The notes under the pieces: model-generated
Seen by the model: the letters and a program-made list of their open reading frames with translations, nothing else
The model's database searches: none
Told to the model about the DNA's origin: nothing
In this document: positions 38,375 through 48,725 of the stretch, one piece after another
Layout of the letters: each line of letters opens with the position of its first letter
How positions within the stretch are numbered: position 1 is the stretch's first letter
Program-made: the position numbers and the translations under genes
From: Candidatus Nomurabacteria bacterium RIFCSPHIGHO2_12_FULL_37_29
GTDB taxonomy: Bacteria > Patescibacteriota > Minisyncoccia > Phycocordibacterales > UBA9973
Assembly (NCBI GenBank): GCA_001785675.1
Contig: MFUJ01000016.1
Span: forward strand, 149 to 64,148
DNA length: 64,000 nucleotides
Direction: 5' to 3'

Positions 38375-41101
38375 ATGCCACCATTAAATAAATTTACAAC
38401 AAAAGCTAAAGACGCGATAAAGAAAGCCCATGAACTTGCCATCGAACGGGGAGTTAATCACGTTTCCTCACTTCATTTATTAGCCGCATTACTCTTACAA
38501 GAAGAGTCCATGGTAAATTCTATTTTAGATAAGTTAGAGATTGACACAATGCTTCTGACTGATTCTGTTTTAGAATTAATAGAATTACCTGAGTCTCGTA
38601 GTACTCTCTCGCCCGCGTATCAGATTTATCTCAATCCAGATCTAGCACAAGTCATAGAGCAGTCAGCTAAATTGGCGGAATATATGAAAGATGATTTTGT
38701 TTCAACAGAACATCTCTTTATTGCAATTCTAGAAGTAACAAGCGAAGCCCACGAGACCTTAATGCGATTTAGAATTAACAAAGATTCTGTAATGAAAGTT
38801 TTAGAAGAGTTGCACAGTCAAAACATTACCGATGTAACAGAGCCGAAGAAATTCAAGTTGCTTTTGAAGTACACTCGCAACTTAACCAAGTTGGCCAAAG
38901 AAGACAAACTGGATCCGGTTATTGGTCGAGATAGTGAAATAATGCGTATTATGCAGATACTTTCTCGTAGAACAAAGAACAATCCTATTTTAATCGGTGA
39001 AGCTGGCACTGGAAAAACAGCAGTTGTGGAAGGACTTGCTCAGTTGATTGTAAAAAATAATGTTCCAGAATCTTTAAAAGACAAGGAGCTTGTTTCTCTC
39101 GATTTAGGATTACTTGTTGCCGGTACAAAATACCGCGGAGAATTTGAGGAGAGATTAAAAGGTATTATGAAAGAAATTGAACGATCAGATGGAAAAATTA
39201 TTCTTTTTATTGATGAAATTCATACAATTGTTGGTGCTGGGGGTGCAGAAGGTACAATGGATGCCTCAAATATGTTGAAGCCCGCATTATCTCGTGGCGA
39301 GTTGCGGGCTATCGGCGCGACGACACTAAGAGAATATCAAAAGCACATTGAGAAAGATCCGGCCCTGGCTCGGCGTTTTCAGCCAGTTTATATTGATGAA
39401 CCTGGAGTAGAAGATGCAACGGCCATACTACGTGGTCTAAAAGAAAAGTATGAACTTTTCCATGGCGTACGAATTACTGACGATGCTATAGTCGCCGCAG
39501 TGAATCTCTCTGCTAGATATATTACAAATAGATTTTTGCCGGATAAAGCAGTGGATCTAATAGATGAAGCTTCTTCTTCTCTTAAAATAATGCTTGAAAA
39601 TAAACCACCAGTCTTGGAAGATGCGCACAGAAAAATAATGCGTCTAGAAATTGAGAAAGAAGCGCTGAAAAAAGAAATTAGTTCTTTGAGTGGAGAGAAA
39701 AATAAAGAAGAGAAAGAGAAGGAGAAAGAAATAAAAAATAGAATAAAAGAAGTGGATAGTGAAATAGGTAATCTGCACGAGAAGACAAAAGAACTTGAGC
39801 TAAAATGGCAGAATGAAAAATCAATCGTAATTGAAATTCGTACTATTAAAAAAGACCTTGAAAGTTTGCGTCTGGAGGCCGAAAATGCTGAGATGCGAGC
39901 GGATCTTTCTCGTGCCGCGGAAATCCGTTATGGTAAAATTCCTGAGCTTAAAAAAGAATTAGAAATAAAGCTTCTACGATTAAAGAAACTTCAAAAATCG
40001 CGGAGAATTCTAAAAGAAGAAATTACCTCTGAAGATATAGCCGAGGTGGTAGCTCGTTGGACAGGAATACCACTTAATAAAATGCTTGAAGAAGAGCGGG
40101 CGAAGCTTGAGAAAATGGAAATGGAATTAAAAAAACGAGTTATTGGCCAAGATGAAGCTATCTCTCGCGTTGCCAATGTGATTCGTCGCTCTCGTGCAGG
40201 CATCGGAGATCCCAACAGGCCTATAGGTTCTTTTATATTTCTGGGACCTACGGGAGTCGGTAAGACCGAGCTTACTAAGGCATTGGGGCAATTTATGTTT
40301 AACGACGATCGCGCAATTATTCGCGTGGATATGTCTGAATATATGGAAAGGCATTCGATGTCAAAACTCATAGGTTCTCCCCCAGGGTATGTTGGTTACG
40401 ATGAATCTGGTCAACTCACTGAATCAGTCAGACACAGGCCCTATGCTGTAATACTCTTTGATGAAATTGAAAAAGCTCATCCGGAAGTTTTTAATATACT
40501 TTTACAAGTTATTGACGAGGGAAGGCTAACTGATGGCAAGGGCAGAGTGGTGAATTTCAAGAACGCCATCATTATTCTTACTTCCAATATTGGTTCACAA
40601 TTTGTTGAGAAAATGGAATCAATCGGATTTTCTAATAATTCTGACAGACAAGATTATAGCAACATGAAAGAAAAAGTTATGGAAGCCTTGAAAGACCATT
40701 TTCGTCCAGAATTTTTAAACCGTCTTGATGAAGTTGTTGTTTTTGATATCTTGGGAGAAGAAGCTATAAAAGAAATAGTTAATTTAAGGATACAAGTAGT
40801 GAAAGATCGATTGATCGGGAAGGGTATTGATTTTGAAATTGGAGATGATGCGCTCTCGTATTTAGCCAAAGAAGGTTATAATCCGCATTATGGCGCAAGA
40901 CCTCTTAACCGCTTAATTCAAAATAAAATCTTGAACCCTGTTGCGTCATACATTATTGGGAATGGAGTAAAGAAAGGGGATACGGTAATTGTCTCTGTGA
41001 AAGGAACGGAACTTGTCATTGAAAAGAAAAAAAATCTGTCTACTGGTCGGCAGGTCAAAATCAAAAGTCCTATTCGTGTACGCTCTCGCTCTTCGGTTTA
41101 A
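38375..41101 (+). CDS. clpB: ATP-dependent chaperone ClpB
   Basis: Two AAA+ modules ([16 protein letters not shown]), long middle coiled coil, GYVGY. Confidence 0.93.
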   Translation: MPPLNKFTTKAKDAIKKAHELAIERGVNHVSSLHLLAALLLQEESMVNSILDKLEIDTMLLTDSVLELIELPESRSTLSPAYQIYLNPDLAQVIEQSAKLAEYMKDDFVSTEHLFIAILEVTSEAHETLMRFRINKDSVMKVLEELHSQNITDVTEPKKFKLLLKYTRNLTKLAKEDKLDPVIGRDSEIMRIMQILSRRTKNNPILIGEAGTGKTAVVEGLAQLIVKNNVPESLKDKELVSLDLGLLVAGTKYRGEFEERLKGIMKEIERSDGKIILFIDEIHTIVGAGGAEGTMDASNMLKPALSRGELRAIGATTLREYQKHIEKDPALARRFQPVYIDEPGVEDATAILRGLKEKYELFHGVRITDDAIVAAVNLSARYITNRFLPDKAVDLIDEASSSLKIMLENKPPVLEDAHRKIMRLEIEKEALKKEISSLSGEKNKEEKEKEKEIKNRIKEVDSEIGNLHEKTKELELKWQNEKSIVIEIRTIKKDLESLRLEAENAEMRADLSRAAEIRYGKIPELKKELEIKLLRLKKLQKSRRILKEEITSEDIAEVVARWTGIPLNKMLEEERAKLEKMEMELKKRVIGQDEAISRVANVIRRSRAGIGDPNRPIGSFIFLGPTGVGKTELTKALGQFMFNDDRAIIRVDMSEYMERHSMSKLIGSPPGYVGYDESGQLTESVRHRPYAVILFDEIEKAHPEVFNILLQVIDEGRLTDGKGRVVNFKNAIIILTSNIGSQFVEKMESIGFSNNSDRQDYSNMKEKVMEALKDHFRPEFLNRLDEVVVFDILGEEAIKEIVNLRIQVVKDRLIGKGIDFEIGDDALSYLAKEGYNPHYGARPLNRLIQNKILNPVASYIIGNGVKKGDTVIVSVKGTELVIEKKKNLSTGRQVKIKSPIRVRSRSSV

Positions 41102-41158
41102 AAATAATACATGGGGAAGTTTTGTGTACTCAAAAGATGCAAAAAAAGATTTTTTGTG

Positions 41159-42874
41159 TTATTTTGTGTGGGTGCGAGAGCAATACCTCACCCAAGGTAG
41201 ACAAGCGTCGGTACTCAAGTGGTCAACGAGGGCAGACTGTAAATCTGCTGGCTTCGGCCTCCGAAGGTTCGAATCCTTCCCGGCGCACAACCTAGGACGA
41301 ATTGGTGCGAAAGCATCAGTTCGTCCTTGCGCGTTATGATTATTTTTCCGTTCCAACCGCTCAATTTCAGGCATGAGCTCTTTTTCGCCTTTTTTAAGCA
41401 CCGAGAACCAAGAATGCAGATCAATAAAGAGTTTTCTAGATTCTATCTGTTGGTTCAAACCTAAACTACTTAGGATCTCCCTTTGTATTTGTGTATCGCC
41501 CTTTTGTAAGGCTATACTCGCACAATATGCAAAATGAACAACATTTTCAGTAAGTTCAGTCCAATTCTTTGCGCGTGTTTCAACCTCAGACAATTTTATT
41601 TTTTCTTTCTTAAGTATTTCTTCGAGTTCATGTTTTTGAGTATTGTATTCTTCTCTCGTGATAGTGCCGTCAATAAGAAAACCAAGGATACGATCTAATT
41701 TCTTTTGACCCTCTTCAACATTCTTTAGATGGGTTTCGTAAATTTGCTGACGCGTGCCTGTCTCGGTCTCATGCATTTCTTTCAAAACTTCTAATCCCAA
41801 CTTATAAAACTTCGGATTAATGTGATTTGTCTCTATAAGACTTTGCACAGCAATCTCCAGCTCATCCAGTCGTATTGGTTTTTCTTTGCAATCAATATAT
41901 TTTCTGCGTTTAGTGCAATGATAATAAGTATGGTAGTTAATAGTTCCATCCTTCAAGATTTTGTGCTTTTTTGAAGCTGTAATACATGCTCCACAACCAC
42001 CGCATGTCATAAGACCAGTAAAGGGAAAATCATGCTTCTGTGGCCGAGGCCGGCCTTTCTTACCCATTAGCACTTGCACCCGATCAAATTCCTCCATAGA
42101 GATCATTTGTTCATGATTGCCTTTATAAAGTTGCTTGTTGTAGTAAAAGTTTCCAGTGAAAAATATATTGCTAAACAAAAGATACATATAGCTTATTGAT
42201 AGAGGTTTTCCACCTAGCTTCTTTCTATTCGGTGTTCGCAAACCTAATTCATCAGTCGCTATCTGTAATATTTTTGGGATTGTATAATTTCCTGTGAGCA
42301 TTAAGTCCCACATCTTACGAACAATTAGGAAGCGTTCTCTATCGGTAATTATCGTCTCGTTTCCTTTTTCATGAGTTTTTGAATTTAGATATCCAATGGG
42401 CGGAATATTAGGGAACCATCCTTTTTCTGCCTTCGATCTCATTCCTCGTTTTACATTTGTAGATAAATCACGAATATACTGACTAGACATTCCACTTTCG
42501 ACTGACATTATGATGGCGTTGTCTTCCGGAAAATAATTCTTTTCTGGGGTCTTAATACAAAGTAATTTTTTCTTCTCCAAAAAATATTGTACTGCTCCAT
42601 TGTCTATAGCATTTCTACCGAGCCTATCCATTTTCCACACCAGAAGACCATTAATTTTCCCTTGCTCAACTAATTTCATGAGTTCAGTGAACCCATCTCG
42701 CTTGTATGGCTCTTTCGCAGATTTTGCTTCTTGGATTATTTGAACAACCTTGAGATCTTCTCGGTTTGCTAATACTTTTAGATTATTAATTTGATCGTTA
42801 ATGGATTGGATTTGTCGATCAGACGACTCAGTTGATTTTCTGGCGTATATTGCCCATCTAATATTTTTATCCAT
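41159..42874 (-). CDS. Large serine recombinase (integrase)
   Basis: YARKS catalytic motif, DRLGRN, recombinase domain, zinc ribbon CGGC...YYHC; ATG at 42874; 3' end overlaps tRNA-Tyr antisense. Confidence 0.92.
   Translation of the reverse strand: MDKNIRWAIYARKSTESSDRQIQSINDQINNLKVLANREDLKVVQIIQEAKSAKEPYKRDGFTELMKLVEQGKINGLLVWKMDRLGRNAIDNGAVQYFLEKKKLLCIKTPEKNYFPEDNAIIMSVESGMSSQYIRDLSTNVKRGMRSKAEKGWFPNIPPIGYLNSKTHEKGNETIITDRERFLIVRKMWDLMLTGNYTIPKILQIATDELGLRTPNRKKLGGKPLSISYMYLLFSNIFFTGNFYYNKQLYKGNHEQMISMEEFDRVQVLMGKKGRPRPQKHDFPFTGLMTCGGCGACITASKKHKILKDGTINYHTYYHCTKRRKYIDCKEKPIRLDELEIAVQSLIETNHINPKFYKLGLEVLKEMHETETGTRQQIYETHLKNVEEGQKKLDRILGFLIDGTITREEYNTQKHELEEILKKEKIKLSEVETRAKNWTELTENVVHFAYCASIALQKGDTQIQREILSSLGLNQQIESRKLFIDLHSWFSVLKKGEKELMPEIERLERKNNHNAQGRTDAFAPIRPRLCAGKDSNLRRPKPADLQSALVDHLSTDACLPWVRYCSRTHTK
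41205..41287 (+). tRNA. tRNA-Tyr(GTA)
   Basis: gcgtcgg/ccggcgc acceptor, gcaga-ctgtaaa-tctgc, long variable arm, gttcgaatc. Confidence 0.92.
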
Positions 42875-43017
42875 ATATTTTTTGTCCCAAAAAAGGGGCA
42901 ATAGTTAAGATCCTGTAATCGCTAAACCACAAGACCACTATTACCCCTTTTCTGGATTGAAAATATGGAATCTTATTGTCTCGTGGTTTAGCTTATTAAT
43001 TATATCATGTTTTAAAG

Positions 43018-45225
43018 TTAGAAAGGCAATTCCTCTGGAGGAAGAGGATCTTTCTTTGGAGGATTAATCTCATTATCGATATCTGAATTTACCCCACCCT
43101 CTTCACCACTATATTTTTCGCTTCGCTCACTTTCAGTTTCGAGAGGAATAACGACCATTTCCCTCATATCATCTACACTTTTTTCTTGAAAAATAAGGCC
43201 GACCCCCTCTAGCTGAGGCAAAATTTGATGTCTAAGTTTCTGTGTACCGAGTGGCGTTTTATATACCTGAAAATATTTCTTGAGGATTTCTTTTCTAGTT
43301 ATGGATTTTTTCTTGTCAGCGTTATCTGAAAATTCTCCAAAAGTGTCGCTTGGCTCGTTCCAAAGGGTCATAATAACTTTCGTATAAATATCAAACAAGT
43401 AAGGAGCTAGCCCATAATCCTGTCCGCAGTATATAACTTGCCAGAGATCAAATGCTTCCTCTATATCCTTCTCTGAAGCCCATATGTAATCACCATCGCG
43501 CTTTCTAAACCATATATTAAGCATGGCAAAACCTTTTATTATCGATATTATTTTTTTAATATCCCGTTGCTGTCTTGGTCTTGCACTTTCCACATCTTTT
43601 AAGTAAAGCTTTTCTATATATTCAATATTCTCGATTTTTACATCAATAATATTTTCTTGTTTTATTCCAAGAATTCTCTTTTTAAGCAAGTTTCTCCGAG
43701 GATCTGAATTTACTTCTTGATTAAATTTTTCACTATCTGAGTTTTTTCGTATGGCTTGTTTTACGCCTTGATATATTTTTTCCCGTTCGATTGACGGACT
43801 AAGCATTAAAAATCTAGTGCTTTCTTGTTCATCAACTCTCATTTCAGCACTACAGAAGTAAACGCTCGGGAATCCTATCAATACAATATTCTTTGTTTTA
43901 TTGCCTCCCTTCTGCGCCTTGTCTGTTATTTTTAATCGCGATTCTTTTTGATCATGTGAGAGAACAGGACGCAGTCTTGAAATTAATGCTTGATCTGGCA
44001 TATCGGTAAAGATTATTATTTTTCTTGCTAGATCAACTACAATTTCATTTTTTTCTTTATTATATTTACCTTGTTCATGAAAAAAAGCTGTAGGTGAACA
44101 ATACGCAAGAGTTATTACATCTTCTTGTGGAAAAAGTTCAACAACTGATAATGGTATATGTGATTTTCCAGTAGAGCTAGGTGCGTTAAAGAAAAGATTC
44201 ATTTGTGCATCCTCTGTGTATGTCGTAAGCATAGATAGAAATGCAACTGATTTATTGCCATCATCTTTTTTTATAGTAGAATCCAGAATCTCACAAACTT
44301 CTTTAATACTAATTTCTTTAAATTCAGAAGTGTCCACTTTTTCTGGAAATGGTTTTGCATATTTAGTAAATAAATCTTCTATGGGTAGACCTAGATGAAT
44401 TATATAATCTCCAAGGTCGCCCTTATTACCAACTTCTTCTGGGAGCGTAATTATATTTATTTTTTCACAGCCAGCGTTAAATAACGCATTGGCCAGTTTA
44501 TTTGATCCATTCTTGCCGACATCATCATTGTCATAGCAAATAAAATATTCAAGTTCGGGTTTAAAATGTTCAAACCACAACTCGTCAATTGTCATCGCTC
44601 CATGAGTATTGGTAATACAAGTTATCCCATGTGATTTCATAAGAAGGGCATCCATCTCACCTTCAGCGATCAAAACCCTGTCTTTGGCCATTATGAGGCT
44701 TTCCCAGTCATAGATTTGTGCTTCTATGCCGTTCGGCCAAGTCATTTTTTTATCCCCATATTTAGGGTCTTGGCGTAGCTTAAGGAAGCTGTAATTACCA
44801 TTCAAATCTTTAATAGGTATAGCTATCCACCAAGTTCCGTATTCGGAAATATACCCAACTTTATATTGGCTTATTCTATCGTCTGTAATACCTCTCTTGT
44901 TAAGATAATTAATAATCTCGGGAGTGAGAGCTTTGTGATACTTTTCGACCAATAAAGGTGTAAGTGTTCTTTTATTAACTTTCGGTTTTTCTTCTTTGGG
45001 AGTGAAGGGGTCGTTGAAGTGTTTTTTAAGAGTAAGGATATTTCCTTTGGCATCACACTTTTTACAATGATATTGACCAGTTTTTCTACTAAAATATAGA
45101 TGCGCCTCATTCTCTCGGCTATCCGAATCACAATTGGAAAAAAAACATTTTACAATAATCTCTTCATTAGTAATGCGAATAAACTTTATTGCCTTATCAT
45201 CTAGATATTTTTCTATGTCGCTCAT
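43018..45225 (-). CDS. Primase (zinc finger + TOPRIM) fused to P-loop ATPase/helicase and C-terminal wHTH
   Basis: CFFSNC...HCKKC, EGEMD, YDND..G, APSSTGKS. Confidence 0.82.
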   Translation of the reverse strand: MSDIEKYLDDKAIKFIRITNEEIIVKCFFSNCDSDSRENEAHLYFSRKTGQYHCKKCDAKGNILTLKKHFNDPFTPKEEKPKVNKRTLTPLLVEKYHKALTPEIINYLNKRGITDDRISQYKVGYISEYGTWWIAIPIKDLNGNYSFLKLRQDPKYGDKKMTWPNGIEAQIYDWESLIMAKDRVLIAEGEMDALLMKSHGITCITNTHGAMTIDELWFEHFKPELEYFICYDNDDVGKNGSNKLANALFNAGCEKINIITLPEEVGNKGDLGDYIIHLGLPIEDLFTKYAKPFPEKVDTSEFKEISIKEVCEILDSTIKKDDGNKSVAFLSMLTTYTEDAQMNLFFNAPSSTGKSHIPLSVVELFPQEDVITLAYCSPTAFFHEQGKYNKEKNEIVVDLARKIIIFTDMPDQALISRLRPVLSHDQKESRLKITDKAQKGGNKTKNIVLIGFPSVYFCSAEMRVDEQESTRFLMLSPSIEREKIYQGVKQAIRKNSDSEKFNQEVNSDPRRNLLKKRILGIKQENIIDVKIENIEYIEKLYLKDVESARPRQQRDIKKIISIIKGFAMLNIWFRKRDGDYIWASEKDIEEAFDLWQVIYCGQDYGLAPYLFDIYTKVIMTLWNEPSDTFGEFSDNADKKKSITRKEILKKYFQVYKTPLGTQKLRHQILPQLEGVGLIFQEKSVDDMREMVVIPLETESERSEKYSGEEGGVNSDIDNEINPPKKDPLPPEELPF

Positions 45226-45374
45226 AAATTTTTGTTGTTAAATTGATAAACTGCTTCTAATAAACACACAAGCGAAGTCAGCTCAACTCGAGCTTGAGCC
45301 TTGTCAATTGGTTGACCATACTCTTCGAGATAGATGGCCACATATTTTTCTATTTGCTTCTCGGTAATTGGCAT
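45222..45374 (-). CDS. 50 aa small protein coupled to the primase (absent from the ORF track)
   Basis: MPITEKQIEKYVAIYLEEYGQPIDKAQARVELTSLVCLLEAVYQFNNKNL; ATGA overlap with the primase start. Confidence 0.65.
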   Translation of the reverse strand: MPITEKQIEKYVAIYLEEYGQPIDKAQARVELTSLVCLLEAVYQFNNKNL

Positions 45375-45744
45375 AAATAGAAAATCCACTTTTGGCTTGG
45401 CAGGCTACTGAGCAAGCGACCTGCAAACCCAAAAATGGATTTATTAGTGCTCAGTATTTACTGCCAAACAAAACAACCGCACTTCATAATGCGGTTTATG
45501 AAAGCAAAAAGCTGCCGTCATATTCCATGTCATCATGAAATAAAACGGCAGCCTCTCGATTTTTCCTGCCCAGTGAGATTCCTAGTCTCTTGTACAACCT
45601 TCTGTCTTAGAGAAGGCGCTCCGATTTACCGGAGAGGTGTGCATATATAATAATGCTAAAAAAATTCAAGTCAAATGAGGGGTGTTAATAAGTTTAAGAA
45701 AAAAAGTAAGATGTGATAAGATGTTGTTATAACTTAATAAGAAA

Positions 45745-45915
45745 GACCTAACCCTTATAGCGATATGAGATATGGTCAAAAGACCCATGGAAGACACTGA
45801 ACCCCTCGTTCAGCAACTCTTCCATGGGCTATACAGGGAAACTTGTATAGGGTCGTAAGACCTAGCTGGCGTGGGGTTCTGTGTTTTTCCGCGCTAGCTT
45901 ATTATCAGCTAGCTT
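45745..45915 (+). ncRNA. Candidate structured RNA leader
   Basis: 11 bp stem cccatggaaga/tcttccatggg, hairpins with GAAA and GTAA tetraloops, long hairpin before the ATG. Confidence 0.45.
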
Positions 45916-45924
45916 TTTATTTTT

Positions 45925-46308
45925 ATGGCAATAGATAAACAATGGGAAGAGAATATGCAACAGCTTAAAAAGTCGGCTAGAAGAAAAGAAATTTTAATTA
46001 AGTTTGTATTACTACCGACCTTAATTATTGGGGTTATACTTTTTCTCTTTCGCCATCAAATTTTTGACAGAGAATTAACACCAGAGGAGATAAGAGCATC
46101 ACAAGAAAACTTTGATCAGATGATGTTAAAATCGATTGAATCTTCCGAAAAAGCATCTCTTGAAAAATCGCAGGAAGAGAAAGCTAAAGGTGATTGTATT
46201 AAAACCGCCATTTCAAATGGAGAAGTAGCAGAAACTTATCTTCAGAAATGCGCAAATGAATCCTCTGAACGCCAAAGAGAGAAGTATGGGAGCGGAGTTA
46301 GTAATTAG
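45925..46308 (+). CDS. Hypothetical single-TM protein
   Basis: 127 aa, one TM, Cys pair in the C-terminal part. Confidence 0.65.
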   Translation: MAIDKQWEENMQQLKKSARRKEILIKFVLLPTLIIGVILFLFRHQIFDRELTPEEIRASQENFDQMMLKSIESSEKASLEKSQEEKAKGDCIKTAISNGEVAETYLQKCANESSERQREKYGSGVSN

Positions 46309-46703
46309 ATATTTCCTTATTTACCCTACACCCCCTGTCTATATTTTCTTAAGGTTAGGAGGTGTAATGTACTAGGATCTGTCTCTTTTTCGGGGTTCTG
46401 TATAAAAGTACTACAATTTTTATGTCAGAGCTTTAATTTTTAGTTTCGGGGGTAGTGGTAGCCTTATACTATAAGGGTTAAATATGACGCAGTTTAGCTC
46501 TCACATAAAAAAATAAAATATAAAAAAGAGACCTTATATTCCTTATATTATAAGCCTCATTTGGAAAAATTGTATGAAATTTTAGTCATTTTTATGGGTG
46601 ATTGCACCTATAATTGTAGTACTTTATAACATTTATGTATTAATTTTAACCAAAAACAAGGTTTTTATATCAAAAATCGATTTTTTATGGTATAAATTCA
46701 ACT

Positions 46704-48725
46704 ATGCTTGGAAAAACAATAGGTGGATACAAAATCGAAAAATTTCTTGGCCACGGGCAATTTGGCGAGGTTTATGAAGCTTCTAAAAATGGAGAGGGGT
46801 TCGCTATTAAGTTTATAAGAAAGGACTTTCTTCAGAAAGATTTGGAGCAAAAAGTTCTAGAGAGAGAAATTTCAGCTCTCAAAAAAGTCAGCTCGCCCTA
46901 CTCTGTTAAATACTTTGAACACGGAGATCATTCTGAAAACTTCATAAATTATACTTATATCGTTATGGAGCTTGTAAAAGGTGAAACTCTTCGCATAATT
47001 TTTCAAAATTCTCCCACTCCTTTTGATGAGAAAAAAGCTATTAGTATAGTATCTGAAATATTAAAGGGTCTAAAGTCAATACACCAAGCTGGTATTATTC
47101 ATCGTGATTTAAAACCAGAGAATATTAAAATTACACCTGATAGTAAAATAAAAATATTAGATTACGGCCTATCTAAAATTATAGATTATTCCTCGATTAC
47201 TCAAACTGGGCAACCCATCGGAACTTTTTATTATATGTCTCCAGAACAAGCGAAGGGGGAAAAGCCCCTTCATAATACAAGCGACTTTTATTCTGTGGGA
47301 GTAATGTTATATGAAGCCCTTACAAGTCAAATCCTTTTTTATCCATCAAATTCTGCGGAAATTATTTATAAAACAATTAATGTTAAGCCGCCATATCCGA
47401 GCTCAATAAATCCAAAAATTTCTAATTCAACAGAAAATATTATCTTAAGGCTTCTTGAGAAAGAGGCATATAAAAGGTATAAAGATGCAGACGAAATTAT
47501 TACCGAGCTAAATAAAAAGCCAACAAAAAAGAAGATTCTTTCAGACTCCAAAGTTAATTTTTATCCTAGGTTCATCCAAAATGACACAGAAGTTGCCAAT
47601 AATTATTTAGCCTCGAATAAAATTGATGGTGCTGATTTTCCTATAAACTTACATTCAACTTACAAAAAGCTGGCAAAAATTTTGATTGCAAACGCCGGTT
47701 CTATGGATTTTTTTGCTGATCCAAGTACTAATCGTTTAACTTACTCCAGCTTTCGAAAAACTCAAGGACTTAAAGCTCTCTCTTATGCCCCAACTGGATA
47801 TGATCCACTTGATGTGGAGAGTTTTTCTGATTTAGGGTTTCTTAAAAATTTTGTAGAACAAGTAGTCGAGCTACAAGTCGGTAATGGATGTAGTGTCATA
47901 ACAGCGCCCTTCTTTTATTTCGATAGTACTAATGATGACTGGTATGGCGTAAATATAAAAATACTTCGAGAATCTATTTCTTATGTTGGTTCAAAATACA
48001 AACAATACCCAATCTCTGCTTCTATCTGTACGAATGCAGAATTACTTTGCAGAAAAAAAGAAAGAGAGAAAATTATCAATGATTTTGGTAATTGCACATT
48101 CGATTTTTTGCAATTATACATTGATAAAATATGTGAAACTACCGTTGATGCACAAATTTATAATTATATATTAACAGCTTTATCAATAAAAAACTTTAAT
48201 AAAACAAAATTAATCGGCTGTCGTTTGCCTCCTGTTGCATTAGGTCTATTGACTATCGGTTTTCATGCCATAACTTCCGGCTTAGGGGTTTTAGAAACTT
48301 TTGATAAAGGCGTAATTACTAAAGAAGAAGATATGGCAAGAATGCCCACAAGATTTTACTTTCCTGACTTACTCAAAAATATTCCTCTTACTTCTAAGTC
48401 AAAAGTTCAGCAAGATATTCTAGCCCAAGAGGATTTTCTTAAAAAGAGTTTACCGGACTTTGAATTTGATCTGAAGTGCGGTTGTCCTGGATGTGGAAGT
48501 AATGGATTCTCAGAAAATTTTCAAAAACCTAGGCTACATTTTCTCTATTGCCGTTCAACCGAAATTAAAGAGATGAATAAAATTTCTAACAAAGATAGAA
48601 AAGATTATTTCTTCGAAAGGATGAAAAAGGCTTACGCGATACAATTAAAGCTTATTGAAGCTGGTATTAAACTTGATTCTCCTCAATACCTAAAAACTTG
48701 GAAAGATATACTTAAGCAGTTTTAG
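46704..48725 (+). CDS. Hanks-type Ser/Thr kinase fused to a TIM-barrel-like domain with CxCxxC...H site
   Basis: GHGQFG, AIK, HRDLKPEN, DYG, SPE, DFYS.G; C-terminal ADP, ITAPF, CGCPGC...H. Confidence 0.85.
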   Translation: MLGKTIGGYKIEKFLGHGQFGEVYEASKNGEGFAIKFIRKDFLQKDLEQKVLEREISALKKVSSPYSVKYFEHGDHSENFINYTYIVMELVKGETLRIIFQNSPTPFDEKKAISIVSEILKGLKSIHQAGIIHRDLKPENIKITPDSKIKILDYGLSKIIDYSSITQTGQPIGTFYYMSPEQAKGEKPLHNTSDFYSVGVMLYEALTSQILFYPSNSAEIIYKTINVKPPYPSSINPKISNSTENIILRLLEKEAYKRYKDADEIITELNKKPTKKKILSDSKVNFYPRFIQNDTEVANNYLASNKIDGADFPINLHSTYKKLAKILIANAGSMDFFADPSTNRLTYSSFRKTQGLKALSYAPTGYDPLDVESFSDLGFLKNFVEQVVELQVGNGCSVITAPFFYFDSTNDDWYGVNIKILRESISYVGSKYKQYPISASICTNAELLCRKKEREKIINDFGNCTFDFLQLYIDKICETTVDAQIYNYILTALSIKNFNKTKLIGCRLPPVALGLLTIGFHAITSGLGVLETFDKGVITKEEDMARMPTRFYFPDLLKNIPLTSKSKVQQDILAQEDFLKKSLPDFEFDLKCGCPGCGSNGFSENFQKPRLHFLYCRSTEIKEMNKISNKDRKDYFFERMKKAYAIQLKLIEAGIKLDSPQYLKTWKDILKQF

